Shown one piece after another: positions 10,071 through 21,524 of a stretch of 64,000 nt of DNA. The notes beneath the pieces were generated by a model. The model did no database searches. It saw only the letters and a list, made by a program, of their open reading frames with translations, and was not told where the DNA came from. Source of the stretch: Piedraia hortae CBS 480.64 (lineage: Eukaryota); NCBI GenBank assembly GCA_010093745.1, contig MU005960.1:1-64000 (forward strand). Direction: 5' to 3'. Both the position numbers and the translations under genes were made by a program. Position 1 is the stretch's first letter. Each line of letters begins with the position of its first letter.

Positions 10071-11819
10071 ATGGCTGACGAGAAAAACGGCAAGAAGTCG
10101 GAGGTGGAGAAGCAGCCGGCGGGAGGGTATGATTCAACGCCGATTCCGCCTTGTCCCAGCGGCTACACGTTGAAGATAACCATCCATGGCGCCGAACACC
10201 TTCCGATGGCTGATATCAGCTCGTTCTCGTCTGACCCGTATGTCTTGGCCGAGTTGAACTCGGCAACGCCAACGCGGCACAAGGAAGATCCGCCGCTGCG
10301 ATTCCGCACGCCGACGGTGCGCAATTCCACAGACCCACAGTGGAATGAGACTTGGATTGTCGCCAACGTTCCATCGACGGGATTCCGGTTGAAGTTCCGC
10401 ATCTACGACGAGGATCACAGCAATCACGACGATCGGCTGGGCAATGTGAAAATCTACGTCGATTCCCTCTCCGATTCCTGGCCCGGCATCCACAAATCTC
10501 GCAATGAAATCAAGATCCGTTCGGGCTCCAAGCGCGCGTATGCGATGCGCATCATGGCTGCCTGCATGCACAAGGCCAAGCACGTGCGCGGTTTTCTCAT
10601 CGTTAGCGTGGACCTCCTCGGCCGGACGGGTGATGACGGCCAGAGCGGGCGGATGTATACCGTCGGGCCGTGTCGATGGATCCGACACTACGATCCCATG
10701 CTCGGGCGAATCACAAACACGGTCGAAGACGAAGCCGACGAGCCCCAACCGTCTGGAACATCATCCAAGAAAAAGAAAAAAGTAAAGCAATACAACTTCC
10801 AAGCCAACGAGATCCAGCTCCCGGGTCCCGTCCCAGCGGAACTGTACCACCGTTTTGTAGAATTCAAACCGTGGGTAAAACGCATGTTCACCTCGACAGG
10901 TCTCGAAGGCCTCATTCTTAGCAAAGCACTACACCACCAGCACGCTCGTGTCTACAATTTTGACAAGCAGACCGTCTTTGGCTATTTCCCTGACTCTGAT
11001 GGTCGAACGAGTAGAGAACTCACCCGTCAATTCCTCGAGCTTGTGCACTGGGACAAGGGAGGGAAAATCTTCACCTACGTCCTCACCCTAGACGCGCTCT
11101 GGCGGTTCACGGAGACGGGGAAAGAGTTTGGCATTGACTTGCTTTCGAAACATACCATGCACTCTGACGTGGCGATATACATCGCGTATAGCGGGGAGTT
11201 TTTCATTAGGAGGAGACGGAGGCGAGGAGGAAGTAGTGGAAGGGGGCGGGTTGTTGATTCTGCTAATGGGGGAGCCGAAGCTACCGGCGAAGCGACTGGC
11301 GAAGCGACCGGCCAAGCTAACGGTGAAATAACAACTGAAGTTCCTTCTGAAGTCCCCACCGAAATCAACGCGGGACCTACCCCCCAAGCCTACAACAACA
11401 CAACAAGCTCAACACACACACCCGCCCCAATCGAAGACTACGAACTCATAATCGACAACGACTCTGGCACCTATCGCCCCAACGGCTCTCTCCTCTCAAT
11501 CCTAAAAACCTACCTCGAACGCTCTTTACCAGGTCTTACTGTAACAACCCTCGACTGCAACTCCCAAAAAGAAAAGATGAATAAACTCAAAAACGAGCAG
11601 CGAGAGAAGAAGAAACACGAGGGTGGAGAAGTTGTGTATCTACAGAGGAGACCGACTTCGTCGGTGTCGAGTAGTGATGAAGAAGATCTGGATAGGGTTG
11701 AGAGGGGAAGGAAGAAGGAGGAAGGAGGAAGGTTTGCGGTTACGCAGGCGGTTAGGGATCAGGGGGTTAAGGCCAAGGAGAAGGTTGGGAGGTGGAAGAT
11801 TGGGGCGAAGGAGGAGTGA
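10071..11819 (+). CDS. C2 domain-containing protein
   Basis: 582-aa ORF with an N-terminal C2 domain (SSDPYV, P.WNETW, IYDED..DDRLG) and a conserved-looking fungal region (HTMHSDV, IDNDSGTYRP). Confidence 0.88.
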   Translation: MADEKNGKKSEVEKQPAGGYDSTPIPPCPSGYTLKITIHGAEHLPMADISSFSSDPYVLAELNSATPTRHKEDPPLRFRTPTVRNSTDPQWNETWIVANVPSTGFRLKFRIYDEDHSNHDDRLGNVKIYVDSLSDSWPGIHKSRNEIKIRSGSKRAYAMRIMAACMHKAKHVRGFLIVSVDLLGRTGDDGQSGRMYTVGPCRWIRHYDPMLGRITNTVEDEADEPQPSGTSSKKKKKVKQYNFQANEIQLPGPVPAELYHRFVEFKPWVKRMFTSTGLEGLILSKALHHQHARVYNFDKQTVFGYFPDSDGRTSRELTRQFLELVHWDKGGKIFTYVLTLDALWRFTETGKEFGIDLLSKHTMHSDVAIYIAYSGEFFIRRRRRRGGSSGRGRVVDSANGGAEATGEATGEATGQANGEITTEVPSEVPTEINAGPTPQAYNNTTSSTHTPAPIEDYELIIDNDSGTYRPNGSLLSILKTYLERSLPGLTVTTLDCNSQKEKMNKLKNEQREKKKHEGGEVVYLQRRPTSSVSSSDEEDLDRVERGRKKEEGGRFAVTQAVRDQGVKAKEKVGRWKIGAKEE

Positions 11820-12136
11820 GATATCGGAGGGAGGATTGAGGCAATGGGGATTGGTGTGGAGTGCGTTGATGGAGGGTTGATTGGTGGAGGAGAGTGGATT
11901 GATACCCTTATTTTTTCTATGCTTGTGTGGATAGTGTTAATAGGATGTATCCTTAATTGAAGTTCGATGGTGGGAGATATACATTGGATATGTAGATTCA
12001 CCCAAGAAAACCGTGGTGAATGTGGAATGATACCAACGGGGACAATCGACTTTTAATAAAAATATCCATTCATTAATGCATCATAACCAGCTAGCTACTC
12101 CTCTGGAGGGTACCCTCTATCATAAATTTTTTGAAC

Positions 12137-13540
12137 CTAATCGTAGTGCACCATGACCGTTGAATTAGCCAGCCCAGCCTCCTGAATGGTTATATCAAGC
12201 TCCTCGGCAAGGTTCTTGCCCAGACAATTCAGCTCAAATTGGGTCTTTCCCTCAGCCCGGGCCTGTTCCGGCGGCGCGTTCTTGAGCCACTCAAACAGAC
12301 GGCGTACGGGATCACTGAGACGGAAGCGCCTGATAACCCTACCGCCTGAGAACCTGAACTGGATGCGTGTCGTGTTGGGCTCGGTCGCGACGGGCTCAGT
12401 GTGGGTGTTTGAGCTTGAAATGAGGTCAAAGGAAGTGGATTCTTCGCGTTGCTTGCCTTTGGATGTTTCCTGTGGTTGGGTGGAGGGTGCACGGGTGAGT
12501 GCGTCCGGGTCGTCATGCTCGGTTGGACTGGATTGGTTGAGGCTTTCGTTCATAGCCATCTGCATCATCTCGTCTTCGGTCATGCTGTCGATGTCTTTGG
12601 ACGGCCGTTTGGGCTGCCGCACGAGCTGCACGGGGTTCTTCTTGTCAATGCTAAGACTGTAGCGGTCCAGAAATTCGTGCAAGTCGTTGAGAAATTCAAG
12701 GGGTTTGGGGACTGGTCGTCCTGTCCAGGTCTTTACCCGCTCGCCGGTGCGCGGATCGATGATGGCAATGTGAGGATACGACTCCGGCAGGTCGCGCTCG
12801 TTGGCAAAGTACCAATTGATGTACTCGGTTGCGCGCGGATCGTCCTTGGTGTACTGCAGAAAGATGAAGTGTTCCCGAATCGTCTCCCGGACGCTTTCAT
12901 TCTTCCATAGATCCCTATTAAGGGTCTGGCAGTCGAAGATGTTCTGGTCCTGGAGGTTCAACAGAATCCATTTCTGACTTTCTTTGCCCAATTCACGCGC
13001 CTCGGTGAAGTTGATGGGCGCTATGAGATCTACTGGTGGTCGAAAGAGCATAGCGAGATGGTTGGTCTTAGCTGACGTATCCGATGCTCCGCCTGTTGCG
13101 CGGGACAGCACTTCCTGGGCGTTGGATCCGCTCCAAATGTTCGTGTCTTGGTTAAAGATGCTCGGCCGGCCGCGGAATGCCATGTTGCTGCGGGGCACCG
13201 AGTCTTCGTCCCAGTCCCCACCCACCAGAGTCTCTGTTGTGCGTGCTATGGGGGCTCTGACTCCGCCATCAGCCCCGCCACTCCCTCCGCCGTACATCTC
13301 GTTTTGCAGCCGCCGCGCCATGGCCTCGTCATCCTCCTGGGCACCGTCGTCGTCGTCGTCGTCGACCGGAATGGCACTACCAGACGTCGACCCCGCCGGT
13401 GGCTGCCCACTGAGTTCAGCACTATTGAAGTACAGCTCCACAGCCTGCTCGGCGTTGTCGTCGGTGAGAGAGAGATAGTGCCGGGCCTGAGCCGGGTCAG
13501 CTCCAGTAAAGGAACAGAATGTCTGTATTGCGTCGTCCAT
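12137..13540 (-). CDS. UBX domain protein (UBA-like, UAS, UIM, UBX; Ubx5/UBXN7-like Cdc48 adaptor)
   Basis: N-terminal UBA-like FCSFTGA..A..YL, UAS region LNRDLW, UIM MTEDEMMQMAMNESL and UBX TRIQFRF...RRF. Confidence 0.9.
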   Translation of the reverse strand: MDDAIQTFCSFTGADPAQARHYLSLTDDNAEQAVELYFNSAELSGQPPAGSTSGSAIPVDDDDDDGAQEDDEAMARRLQNEMYGGGSGGADGGVRAPIARTTETLVGGDWDEDSVPRSNMAFRGRPSIFNQDTNIWSGSNAQEVLSRATGGASDTSAKTNHLAMLFRPPVDLIAPINFTEARELGKESQKWILLNLQDQNIFDCQTLNRDLWKNESVRETIREHFIFLQYTKDDPRATEYINWYFANERDLPESYPHIAIIDPRTGERVKTWTGRPVPKPLEFLNDLHEFLDRYSLSIDKKNPVQLVRQPKRPSKDIDSMTEDEMMQMAMNESLNQSSPTEHDDPDALTRAPSTQPQETSKGKQREESTSFDLISSSNTHTEPVATEPNTTRIQFRFSGGRVIRRFRLSDPVRRLFEWLKNAPPEQARAEGKTQFELNCLGKNLAEELDITIQEAGLANSTVMVHYD

Positions 13541-13732
13541 GGTGTGTGTCTATATGGTGATCGATTTCGCAGTGTTTGCGCTGTTCCTTTAAATGCCTGG
13601 CGGTGCGCGTCACCCTCTACGCGATCCGCATACGTCATGCTGCATTAGTTACGCTAGCCCCATGTGGTTAGTTTGGAAATTCACGCTAATATTCATGCGG
13701 TCAGCTCCTGCATTCTGTTCCACCACGAGACA

Positions 13733-14287
13733 TCACAGCTCCATCTCGTCCTCGGCCTGGATTCCACTCAAGCCTGTGTGGCTACCGAGTAGGCTAGCCC
13801 CATTATTTCCATCCGCTCGAGGTGCGCCGTCTTCTAGCGGCTTTGACTCTCCCTCCCGAACCAGGCCAATAGACTGGAGGTATTGACGAGTATGGACTTC
13901 ATACCGTGACACCGCCTCTGCCTTTTCCCTTTCCATACTTGTAGGCGATCCGTCATTTAACGTCCCAGATAACGGGGGGACCTTCCATAGCTCAATTAGC
14001 AAATCACGTTGGGGCTGGTCCACTTGGTGGAAGAGCTGCATCTGGCTGGACGAGACAGTTGACGGATTGATGGAATTTTGTTGTAGCAGCTCCTCAAACA
14101 TGACTGTCTCCGAGCGGATATGGGCTGTAGCAGTGTAGTGGCCTGACGCATAGTATATTAGACCAACGTTGTTCGAAGTGCACACAGCTTGCCGTTCTGC
14201 CTCCTGTTGAAGCTGGTACTGCTGGTGAACCGGCTGTAGAGCGATACTTTGGGCGAACCGCCTTGTAAGTTCGTCAACCTGGTCCAT
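13733..14287 (-). CDS. hypothetical fungal protein (184 aa)
   Basis: ATG-initiated ORF filling the gap between housekeeping genes; no domain recognised. Confidence 0.65.
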   Translation of the reverse strand: MDQVDELTRRFAQSIALQPVHQQYQLQQEAERQAVCTSNNVGLIYYASGHYTATAHIRSETVMFEELLQQNSINPSTVSSSQMQLFHQVDQPQRDLLIELWKVPPLSGTLNDGSPTSMEREKAEAVSRYEVHTRQYLQSIGLVREGESKPLEDGAPRADGNNGASLLGSHTGLSGIQAEDEMEL

Positions 14288-14521
14288 ATTCTGTCAAATG
14301 TACACTGCTGCCCGGCCTCTCACTACAATGCCAAAGTTATGATAAAGCACAATCTGGTATCAAAGGGAACCTGGAACAATTACAGGCACGATTCGTACAG
14401 CAATCTCCTCCTATATGGCCGTCCAGCGATTGAGGCATGTGACGTTGGAGCTCCCGATTAGGACTAGCGCTGTCAACGCCTGTTCCTGTGGCTCCGCAGC
14501 TGACAGCGACAGCAAAACACC

Positions 14522-15489
14522 ATGGTATGTCCCGCAGAACTCGCTCTACGCTCTGCTGCTGACCCTCCAGACGTCAATAGGCACAGGCTATGATCTACAA
14601 AACTCCGTCTTCTCACCCGATGGCCGCAATTTCCAAGTAGAATATGCGGCCAAGGCGGCGGAAAATGGAGGAACGGCGATCGGCATTCGATGCAAAAACG
14701 GCGTGGTGCTTGCGCTGGAAAAGTTGGTGACGAGCAAGCTGGCCAAGAAGGGCGCCAATAAACAGATATCGACGGTTGACAGGAACATTGGAGCGGTCAG
14801 TGACGGTCGTTCCCACGGTTAGACAAGGCTAACGGGGCGTCTAGGTTTCGTCGGGACTGCTGCCCGACGGCAGGCATTTGGCATCGAGAGCGCGCGACGA
14901 AGCTGCTAGCTGGCGCAGCACCTACAAAGCCCCAATCCCCGTCGCTTCTCTTGCCGACCGCATGGGCACCTACGTCCAGGCACACACTCGCTTCAACTCG
15001 GTGCGACCGTTTGGCGTTACTTTGCTCGTTGGGGGATGGGATGCGGAGACAGACATTGACGTCGATGGAGCTGTAGGCGCGGGGCCATCGGTGGGTGCTG
15101 GCGGTCGGGCAAAGGGCGCCAAACATGGTGGTCCCTATCTGTACATGATTGAGCCGTCGGGAAACTGCACCGGCTGGCTCGCTACGGCAACGGGGAAGGG
15201 CAGACAGGCGGCCAAGGCCGAGTTGGAGAAGCTGCAGCTGGACGCCAATGAGGACGACTGCATTACGTTGGAAGAAGGTGTCAAGGAGGCAGCGCGCATC
15301 ATCCACGTGGCCCATGAGGACAACAAGGACAAGGAATTTGAGCTGGAGATGACATGGGTCAGCGCCGTCAGCGGCCCAACCAAAGGGCGACATGAACCAG
15401 TGCCCAAAACCATTTTGGATGAGGCCGAGAGGCTCGCCAAGAAGGCTCTTGACGGGGACGACGATGAAGACGGAAAAATGGACGAATAG
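14522..15489 (+). CDS. PRE10: 20S proteasome subunit alpha-7; exons 14522-14524, 14571-14795 and 14845-15489
   Basis: Signature [25 protein letters not shown] plus [14 protein letters not shown]. Introns are GTATGT..CTGAC..CAG and GTCAGT..CTAAC..TAG. Confidence 0.95.
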
Positions 15490-15843
15490 GCTGGTCGTGT
15501 CTGACCATGTAATATACTAGCAAGCCGTGTAATGCAAGATACTTGTTCGAGAGCCAAAACAGCCACTGGACCAATGACTCAAAAAGGAGTATGAGCACTT
15601 ACCACACGCATTGCCGGTGTACAGCCATGTGACTTCTCTCCTGCCTAGCACCGTGGTAGGTGCTTTCTCCGGGCCTATCACACTCGAACTCCCTGGAGAC
15701 GGGGTCCACCAGGGCCGAAGATCAAGCCGTGGACGAATGGCTCGTCTCAGATCGTTAGCTGGTAGGTCCCCAAACTGTTCCTCCTCTCTTCAGGCTTCAC
15801 TTTCTTTCCTATCTTATCACTCCTTTGGTCTCAAGGTTCTCCA

Positions 15844-17898
15844 ATGCGTTTCTTTTCTGTTGCAGCGGTGACGGCGGCCGTTCGCCTTGTCCAGGCCGTC
15901 AACACTGGCTTCAACTATGGAGCGATCATGTCCGATGGCTCGGCCAAGTCGCAGGCCGAGTTTGAGGCCGAGTTCAATCGAGCAAAGAGCCTCCAAGGCA
16001 CCGATGGCATATTCACCTCTGCCCGGATCTACACTACCATCCAGGCCGGTACGCCAAACACGCCCATTAGTGCCATTCCAGCGGCAATCAAGACAAAAAC
16101 ATCTCTGCTGCTAGGGCTCTGGGCATCTGCCGGCCCAGAAGTGTATGCCAACGAGCTCATTGCTCTCAAGGCAGCCATTTCCCAGTATGGCTCTGCCTTT
16201 ACCGATCTCGTTGTTGGCATCAGTGTTGGCTCAGAAGATCTCTATCGGATCAGTCCCACGGGCATTGAGAACCACAGTGGTGTCGGAATCGGTCCAGATG
16301 TCCTCGTCAAGTATATTCAACAGCTCCGATCAACGGTCAAAGGCACGGCGCTTGCCAAGGCACCGGTGGGACATGTCGACACTTGGACGGCTTGGATCAA
16401 CGGCACCAACTCTGCTGTTGTGGATGCCCTGGACTGGGTCGGCATGGACACGTATCCCTACTTCCAAACTACCATGGAGAATTCCATTGAGACTGCGAAT
16501 CACACCTTCTTCGCCGCTTACGATGTCACCATCCACTCTGCCAAGGGAAAGCCAGTGTGGGTCACCGAGACTGGATGGCCCGTTTCAGGCCCCAAGGAGA
16601 ATTTGGCAGAAGCGTCGGCCAAGAATGCTGAGAAGTACTGGTATGACGTTGCTTGCACGATCGTTGGAAATGTCAATACCTGGTGGTACACCCTGCGTGA
16701 TGCTGAGCCAACCACTCCCAACCCGTCGTTCGGTATCGTTCCATCGGACCTCAATGCTGGGCCTCTTTACAACCTAAGTTGCCACCACAGCTCGACTTCG
16801 GCAACCCACTCCCAGTCTGCTTCGGCAACCCACTCCCAGTCTGCTTCGGCAACCCACTCCAAGTCTGCTTCGAACACGGTGTCCGTTGCCGAAGTTGCAA
16901 AGCCTATGTCTATTCACCATAGCACTGTCAAACAAGGAAAATCTCTGACGGCATCTAACCAGGGTGGAAAGGCCACTGCGGCTGGATATGGCAAACCTGT
17001 CGACCACTCTGGCTCTACCCAGAATGCCAAGGCTACTGCAGAAGCCACTGCTGCGGACCATGGCAAACCTGCCGAGGGCTCAAATGCCAAACCCACGGCT
17101 GCTGCCCCCGATGCTGCTGGCCCGGCTACACACATGGTTACAGAGGTTGCAACTGATGTAACCACATATTGCCCCGAGGAACAGACGGCACAAACGGCAC
17201 AAACGCATGCCAGCTCACCACAAGCTGCCGCGTCGGTCAAACACGATGCCCCAGCTGCGCCCGCGGCTCCTGCGCCTTCCGAGAACGAAGCCCCCAAACC
17301 TCCTGCGCCTTCTGGAAACTATGCCCCAAAGTCTCCTGCAGCAGCCGTACAGCCGCCTCCAGCCGCCGAGAGCAACGGTCAGCCATTCTATGGTCATGGT
17401 GGCAAGTCTTGTCCAGCCAGTTTGGAAGGTGAACATCAGATTCCACACCTCATCGTTCCTGTTAGCCCTACGGAGCCCAATAGGGTCTGCGGCAAGTCTT
17501 ACAACGTCACCATCAACTCGCATAGGAACACTCTACTCAACTTTGACATTCCCGCCTCGTACGAGGGAAAGACGTGCTCACTAGTAATGCTCTTGCCAGA
17601 GCATTCTCAATTACAGACGTCGGCGTATACGTTCAACAACAAAGGTGGCATCACGGTCAATTATCTGACTCACGCCGTTACAGAAAAGGTCACATACAAC
17701 TCCATGCCCAAGGACAGCCACAATGGAGTAGGCAAGGTGGAGAGTGTGAGAGCAGGAGGCAAATGGGTACTTACAAGCTCTCCCTGCAAGGCTGGCACGA
17801 CGCAATGCTTTGAACTTGTCGGAACTGGAGGATTGGAACTGGAGTTTTTCCAGGACTACAACCCCTCTCCCATCGGAGTGTTTGTCACAGCATGTTAG
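15844..17898 (+). CDS. secreted GH17 beta-1,3-glucanase/transglucosylase (EglC-like) with Ser/Ala/Pro-rich linker and But2-like C-terminal domain
   Basis: Signal peptide, [13 protein letters not shown] and WVTETGWP catalytic-Glu motifs. The C-terminus carries a PHLIVPV...FDIP...C.L domain. Confidence 0.9.
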   Translation: MRFFSVAAVTAAVRLVQAVNTGFNYGAIMSDGSAKSQAEFEAEFNRAKSLQGTDGIFTSARIYTTIQAGTPNTPISAIPAAIKTKTSLLLGLWASAGPEVYANELIALKAAISQYGSAFTDLVVGISVGSEDLYRISPTGIENHSGVGIGPDVLVKYIQQLRSTVKGTALAKAPVGHVDTWTAWINGTNSAVVDALDWVGMDTYPYFQTTMENSIETANHTFFAAYDVTIHSAKGKPVWVTETGWPVSGPKENLAEASAKNAEKYWYDVACTIVGNVNTWWYTLRDAEPTTPNPSFGIVPSDLNAGPLYNLSCHHSSTSATHSQSASATHSQSASATHSKSASNTVSVAEVAKPMSIHHSTVKQGKSLTASNQGGKATAAGYGKPVDHSGSTQNAKATAEATAADHGKPAEGSNAKPTAAAPDAAGPATHMVTEVATDVTTYCPEEQTAQTAQTHASSPQAAASVKHDAPAAPAAPAPSENEAPKPPAPSGNYAPKSPAAAVQPPPAAESNGQPFYGHGGKSCPASLEGEHQIPHLIVPVSPTEPNRVCGKSYNVTINSHRNTLLNFDIPASYEGKTCSLVMLLPEHSQLQTSAYTFNNKGGITVNYLTHAVTEKVTYNSMPKDSHNGVGKVESVRAGGKWVLTSSPCKAGTTQCFELVGTGGLELEFFQDYNPSPIGVFVTAC
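16797..16873 (+). repeat. 24-bp coding tandem repeat x3 (SATHSQSA)
   Basis: TTCGGCAACCCACTCCCAGTCTGC repeated in the GH17 linker. Confidence 0.9.
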
Positions 17899-18196
17899 GT
17901 AGCTTAAGTAGGCATCAAATGTAGCAGATCCTAGTAAGCACAACTGTGAAATTTCTCTCAACAGCTGATAATCAGTGACAAGTGCGGGGTAAGCTGAAAG
18001 GAATGACCAAAGGTGTAAGAATGAGCTGCGCGGCAGGTAAACTATGTACAAGCTATGATTGTGGGGCGAATGAAAACTCTGCCAAAGTGGCGTTCTCAAC
18101 GTCTGTCAACATTTCCGCGAGTCATCCCTCCGCATCTTCAACGACACCTCAATCTGCAGATCCACCCATGCTAATATTGTCCTCTACACACACATC

Positions 18197-18427
18197 ACGT
18201 TGTTCGTAGACATAGTAAAGGTCTTTTCCTGCCCCAACCCAGCACGTTTGGCAGACCTACGCGCACTTGAAGGCTTCGGTTCCGGGTTGGATCCACAGCC
18301 CTCTGCTAAACAAGAACCCCAGCTGCCGCATAATCGCGCCTTCGGAGCGCTTCCCTTGACCGGGGAGGGCTCTGCTTGCCGCCCAAGTCTCGCACGTCTA
18401 ACATTCGTCTCGTTCAAGCCTCCCTAA
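18197..18427 (+). promoter_or_regulatory. non-AUG upstream ORF in the ODC leader (uCC-type), ending ...FKPP*
   Basis: In-frame ACG (18197) and TTG (18200), each with A at -3. About 75 codons, ending CCT CCC TAA 11 nt before the ODC ATG. There is no ATG in 18171-18438. Confidence 0.8.
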
Positions 18428-18438
18428 CGCGGAGGCAA

Positions 18439-19737
18439 ATGGCAGATTCGCTCTTGACCGTTGATACGGAACATGGCAGGGTGAAAGACCAGGCCAAAGA
18501 GATGGTATGGGCGGCTCTTCACCGCACCATCCGTGCCGTTGACGTTCAAACCTGTGAGGCCGGCGAGGAGGACGCCTTTTTCGTAGCGGACCTCGGCCAT
18601 GTCTACCGCCAGCACCGCCGTTGGCAGCAGCATCTGGCTCGCGTCACGCCGCATTACGCCGTCAAGTGCAACCCCGACCCGCAGGTTCTCCAACTATTAG
18701 CTGCTCTGGGCGCCGGCTTTGACTGCGCCAGCAAGGCGGAGATTGAACAAGTGCTGGCCATGGGCGTGGACGCCTCGCGCATCATCTACGCGCAGCCGTG
18801 CAAGACGCGCAGCTACCTCGGCTACACGGCTGCTCACAACGTGCGACAGATGACGTTTGACAACGCCGATGAGCTTTACAAGATCAAAGCCGTGGCGCCC
18901 GATGCCCAGCTGTACCTGCGCATCCTGACCGACGACTCGGCCAGTCTCTGTCGGCTGAGCCAGAAATTCGGCGCCGCCGTGGACCAGGTACCCGCGCTGC
19001 TGCAACTAGCCAAGAATCTTTCACTCGACCTCGTCGGCGTCGCCTTTCACGTTGGATCCGGCGCATCTGATCCAGCTGCCTTCACCCAAGCCGTCATTGA
19101 TGCGCGCTCCGCCTTCGACCAGGCCGCTCACCTAGGCCTGCATCTCACGACCCTGGACGTCGGCGGCGGCTTCGTCTCCGAAACCTTTGACACAATGGCC
19201 GACAATCTCAGCGCAGCACTAGACAAGTACTTCCCCCCCTCAATCCGCATCATTGCCGAACCCGGACGCTTCTACACCAGCGCAGCATTCACTCTAGCCT
19301 GCAACGTAATCGCCCGCCGCTCCGTCTCATCCGAAAGCGCAATGCTCTACCTCAACGACGGCGTCTACGGCAACTTCTCCTGCATCATGTTCGACCACCA
19401 GCAACCCATCCCACGCATCCTCTCAACCCGTCGCATGCCCCACGGCCTCCGTTGTCCTCGCTCATCCCCAGATTCAGGCTACGTCTCCGCTGAAGACGAA
19501 TCCAGCGACACCGGAACAGCAATCCACTACTCCATCTGGGGTCCCACCTGCGATGGAATAGACTGTATCTCGATTCGCTGGCTCTCGTCTGCGACCGTTG
19601 AGGTGGGTGATTGGCTCTACTTCACCGATATGGGTGCCTACACGAAATGCTCGGCGACGAAGTTTAACGGGTTTACGAATAAACATCGGACGGTGTATGT
19701 GTGTAGTGAGCCCGCGGCGAGGGAGTTGGTGGGGTAG
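18439..19737 (+). CDS. SPE1: ornithine decarboxylase
   Basis: PHYAVKCN (PLP lysine), FDCASK, FHVGSG, DVGGGF, EPGR and WGPTCDGID motifs. First ATG is at 18439. Confidence 0.95.
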   Translation: MADSLLTVDTEHGRVKDQAKEMVWAALHRTIRAVDVQTCEAGEEDAFFVADLGHVYRQHRRWQQHLARVTPHYAVKCNPDPQVLQLLAALGAGFDCASKAEIEQVLAMGVDASRIIYAQPCKTRSYLGYTAAHNVRQMTFDNADELYKIKAVAPDAQLYLRILTDDSASLCRLSQKFGAAVDQVPALLQLAKNLSLDLVGVAFHVGSGASDPAAFTQAVIDARSAFDQAAHLGLHLTTLDVGGGFVSETFDTMADNLSAALDKYFPPSIRIIAEPGRFYTSAAFTLACNVIARRSVSSESAMLYLNDGVYGNFSCIMFDHQQPIPRILSTRRMPHGLRCPRSSPDSGYVSAEDESSDTGTAIHYSIWGPTCDGIDCISIRWLSSATVEVGDWLYFTDMGAYTKCSATKFNGFTNKHRTVYVCSEPAARELVG

Positions 19738-21156
19738 GTTTATATAGTAAAAGCTTTTGGTTGATTGCGCTTTGGATATCTATATGATAGAAGGGGTAGT
19801 GGTCTTCGTGAACCTGATTGCTACACGAGATGGGAGGAGGTGGGTGATAAATGGGAAGCTTCCATAGATTGATCCAATCTGGTGTAGAGCTCGGCTACGT
19901 AATGGTAAACCGCATTCGTTAGCTAGAGGGAGATATGGGATTAGACTACGTGTTTTCAAACGTTTTTTTCGTCGAGAAGTAACGCTTTCTTTGATGCCTG
20001 TTCAGACGAGCGGATGACTCTCTCGTAGGCCTCTCGCAGAGTTGTTTGATCTTGGGCTCTCGATGCATGAAACATCAACGGCGAGATGGAAAAAGCCCCT
20101 CGGACATATCCTCCCTTTGGGGAATACAAGGAGATTGGAACAGGACAGGTAATGTGGCGGAAGGCATGTCCGAGCCTGGTTTCCAGTGATAGTGGGATGA
20201 GACGCTGAACATACTCATTCTGCATCTCTAGCTGGGTTTCCGCGTTGAGAAAGTTGTGGTAGGAAGGTGGGGCGAATTAAGCGTTGGAAGCTGTGTTTAT
20301 ATTATCTTCTCCGTGGATGAGACTGATTAGCGGAGGACCTACGCCGCGGAATTGGTCTTGGCGGTGTTTGGTTGGACGTGTTTGGGAGGGGTGTGGGCTG
20401 ACATGGTTCGTGGATGCAGGATTTGCCTTCGGTGATAAGAATAGGTGATGGATAGGCTCCTGTAAACATTCTCTTGGGGGAGCATAGAGCGGTGGAGGCT
20501 AGGCTGCGGCATGCTACGTCATTCACGAAACATGTGTGGATGGGAGGATTCGCTAGATCCGGTGTATGAAATTTCTGCTTAGTTGCGCGCTAGATGCGGT
20601 ACCATAATTAGCTTGCAGTGAAGAGTGGTCGAACTCGGACAGTATCATGAAACCCACAAGCGACAAAGTGTGTTCTGATACGGTTGAATTGTATTGTTCG
20701 TATCTTCTGCCGATTTTCTAGGGCACAATACGTCAAGGGGCTCATTGTGTATATGTAGGATAACCAAACGACTGGTAAAAGTCCCAGAGAGCAGCTGGCG
20801 TGGTGGCTGAATTGTAGTGGTGTCTTTAAGCTCCCCAAGTTCTATTTTGGTTGTTCAAGAGCGCGTTGCTGGCAATGCACAAAAATATCTCTCCATAGAT
20901 TTGCCACTGCATGGTTGAGAAAGGTATTCTTGTTCATAGCGTAAAACAAGTATTCACGATGCTCGTGTGCACCGTCCGTCTACCTGCGTTTTCGCTACAT
21001 CTTGGCTGCGAAATTACATGCAGGCATGCTGATCCGTAACTATTCCGGAAGGTTCATCTTTCAAGAAGAGAGGTGTTGAGGGCGCGGGTATATTTATTTG
21101 GATTTAATGATCGGGGGCAGTATAATATCAAAGTAGGTCATTACATGGGAAAAAGA

Positions 21157-21524
21157 TGAAAAAAGATGGTATGTGTGAATGAGAACGATCGATGGAGAGT
21201 AGAGATGTGTTTATGAGTGAATACTAGTGTATCTACGAGGAAAAATCAGAGAATATATTCTGGGCTGGAAGGTCCGTGCGTAGCCTCGTATGAAGAGCCA
21301 TCAATCGTATGACCGTAAGCAAGTGATCATACATGCAGTAAGACCGTCAGCATGCAATCTTACTCCATGACTCACCTCAAACAGTAGCAGGGCGCATTCA
21401 CCATGTCGCATGCGACATGGCTCTGAGGAAAACCTCTGTAAGGACAAAACCTAGGGTGCAGCTGTTGGTGTATGAGGTGTCACGCAGTGGCATCGTACAC
21501 TGAAGGCAACGAGGCTTCATGACA
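21157..21524 (-). mobile_element. solo LTR, family A1 (inverted copy of 838-1210)
   Basis: Reverse complement aligns along its length to 838-1210. Ends are TG...CA and the flanks are not a direct TSD. Confidence 0.88.

Noticed and set aside
18376..18438. TTG-initiated N-terminal extension of ODC
   Set aside because: Poor context and it overlaps the uORF end; ATG 18439 is the simpler start.
21384..21464. Hammerhead ribozyme (retrozyme) in the LTR-A module
   Set aside because: CTGAGGA fits CUGANGA in only one copy (others have CTGAGGG), and no correctly placed GAAA/stem III/UH is present.
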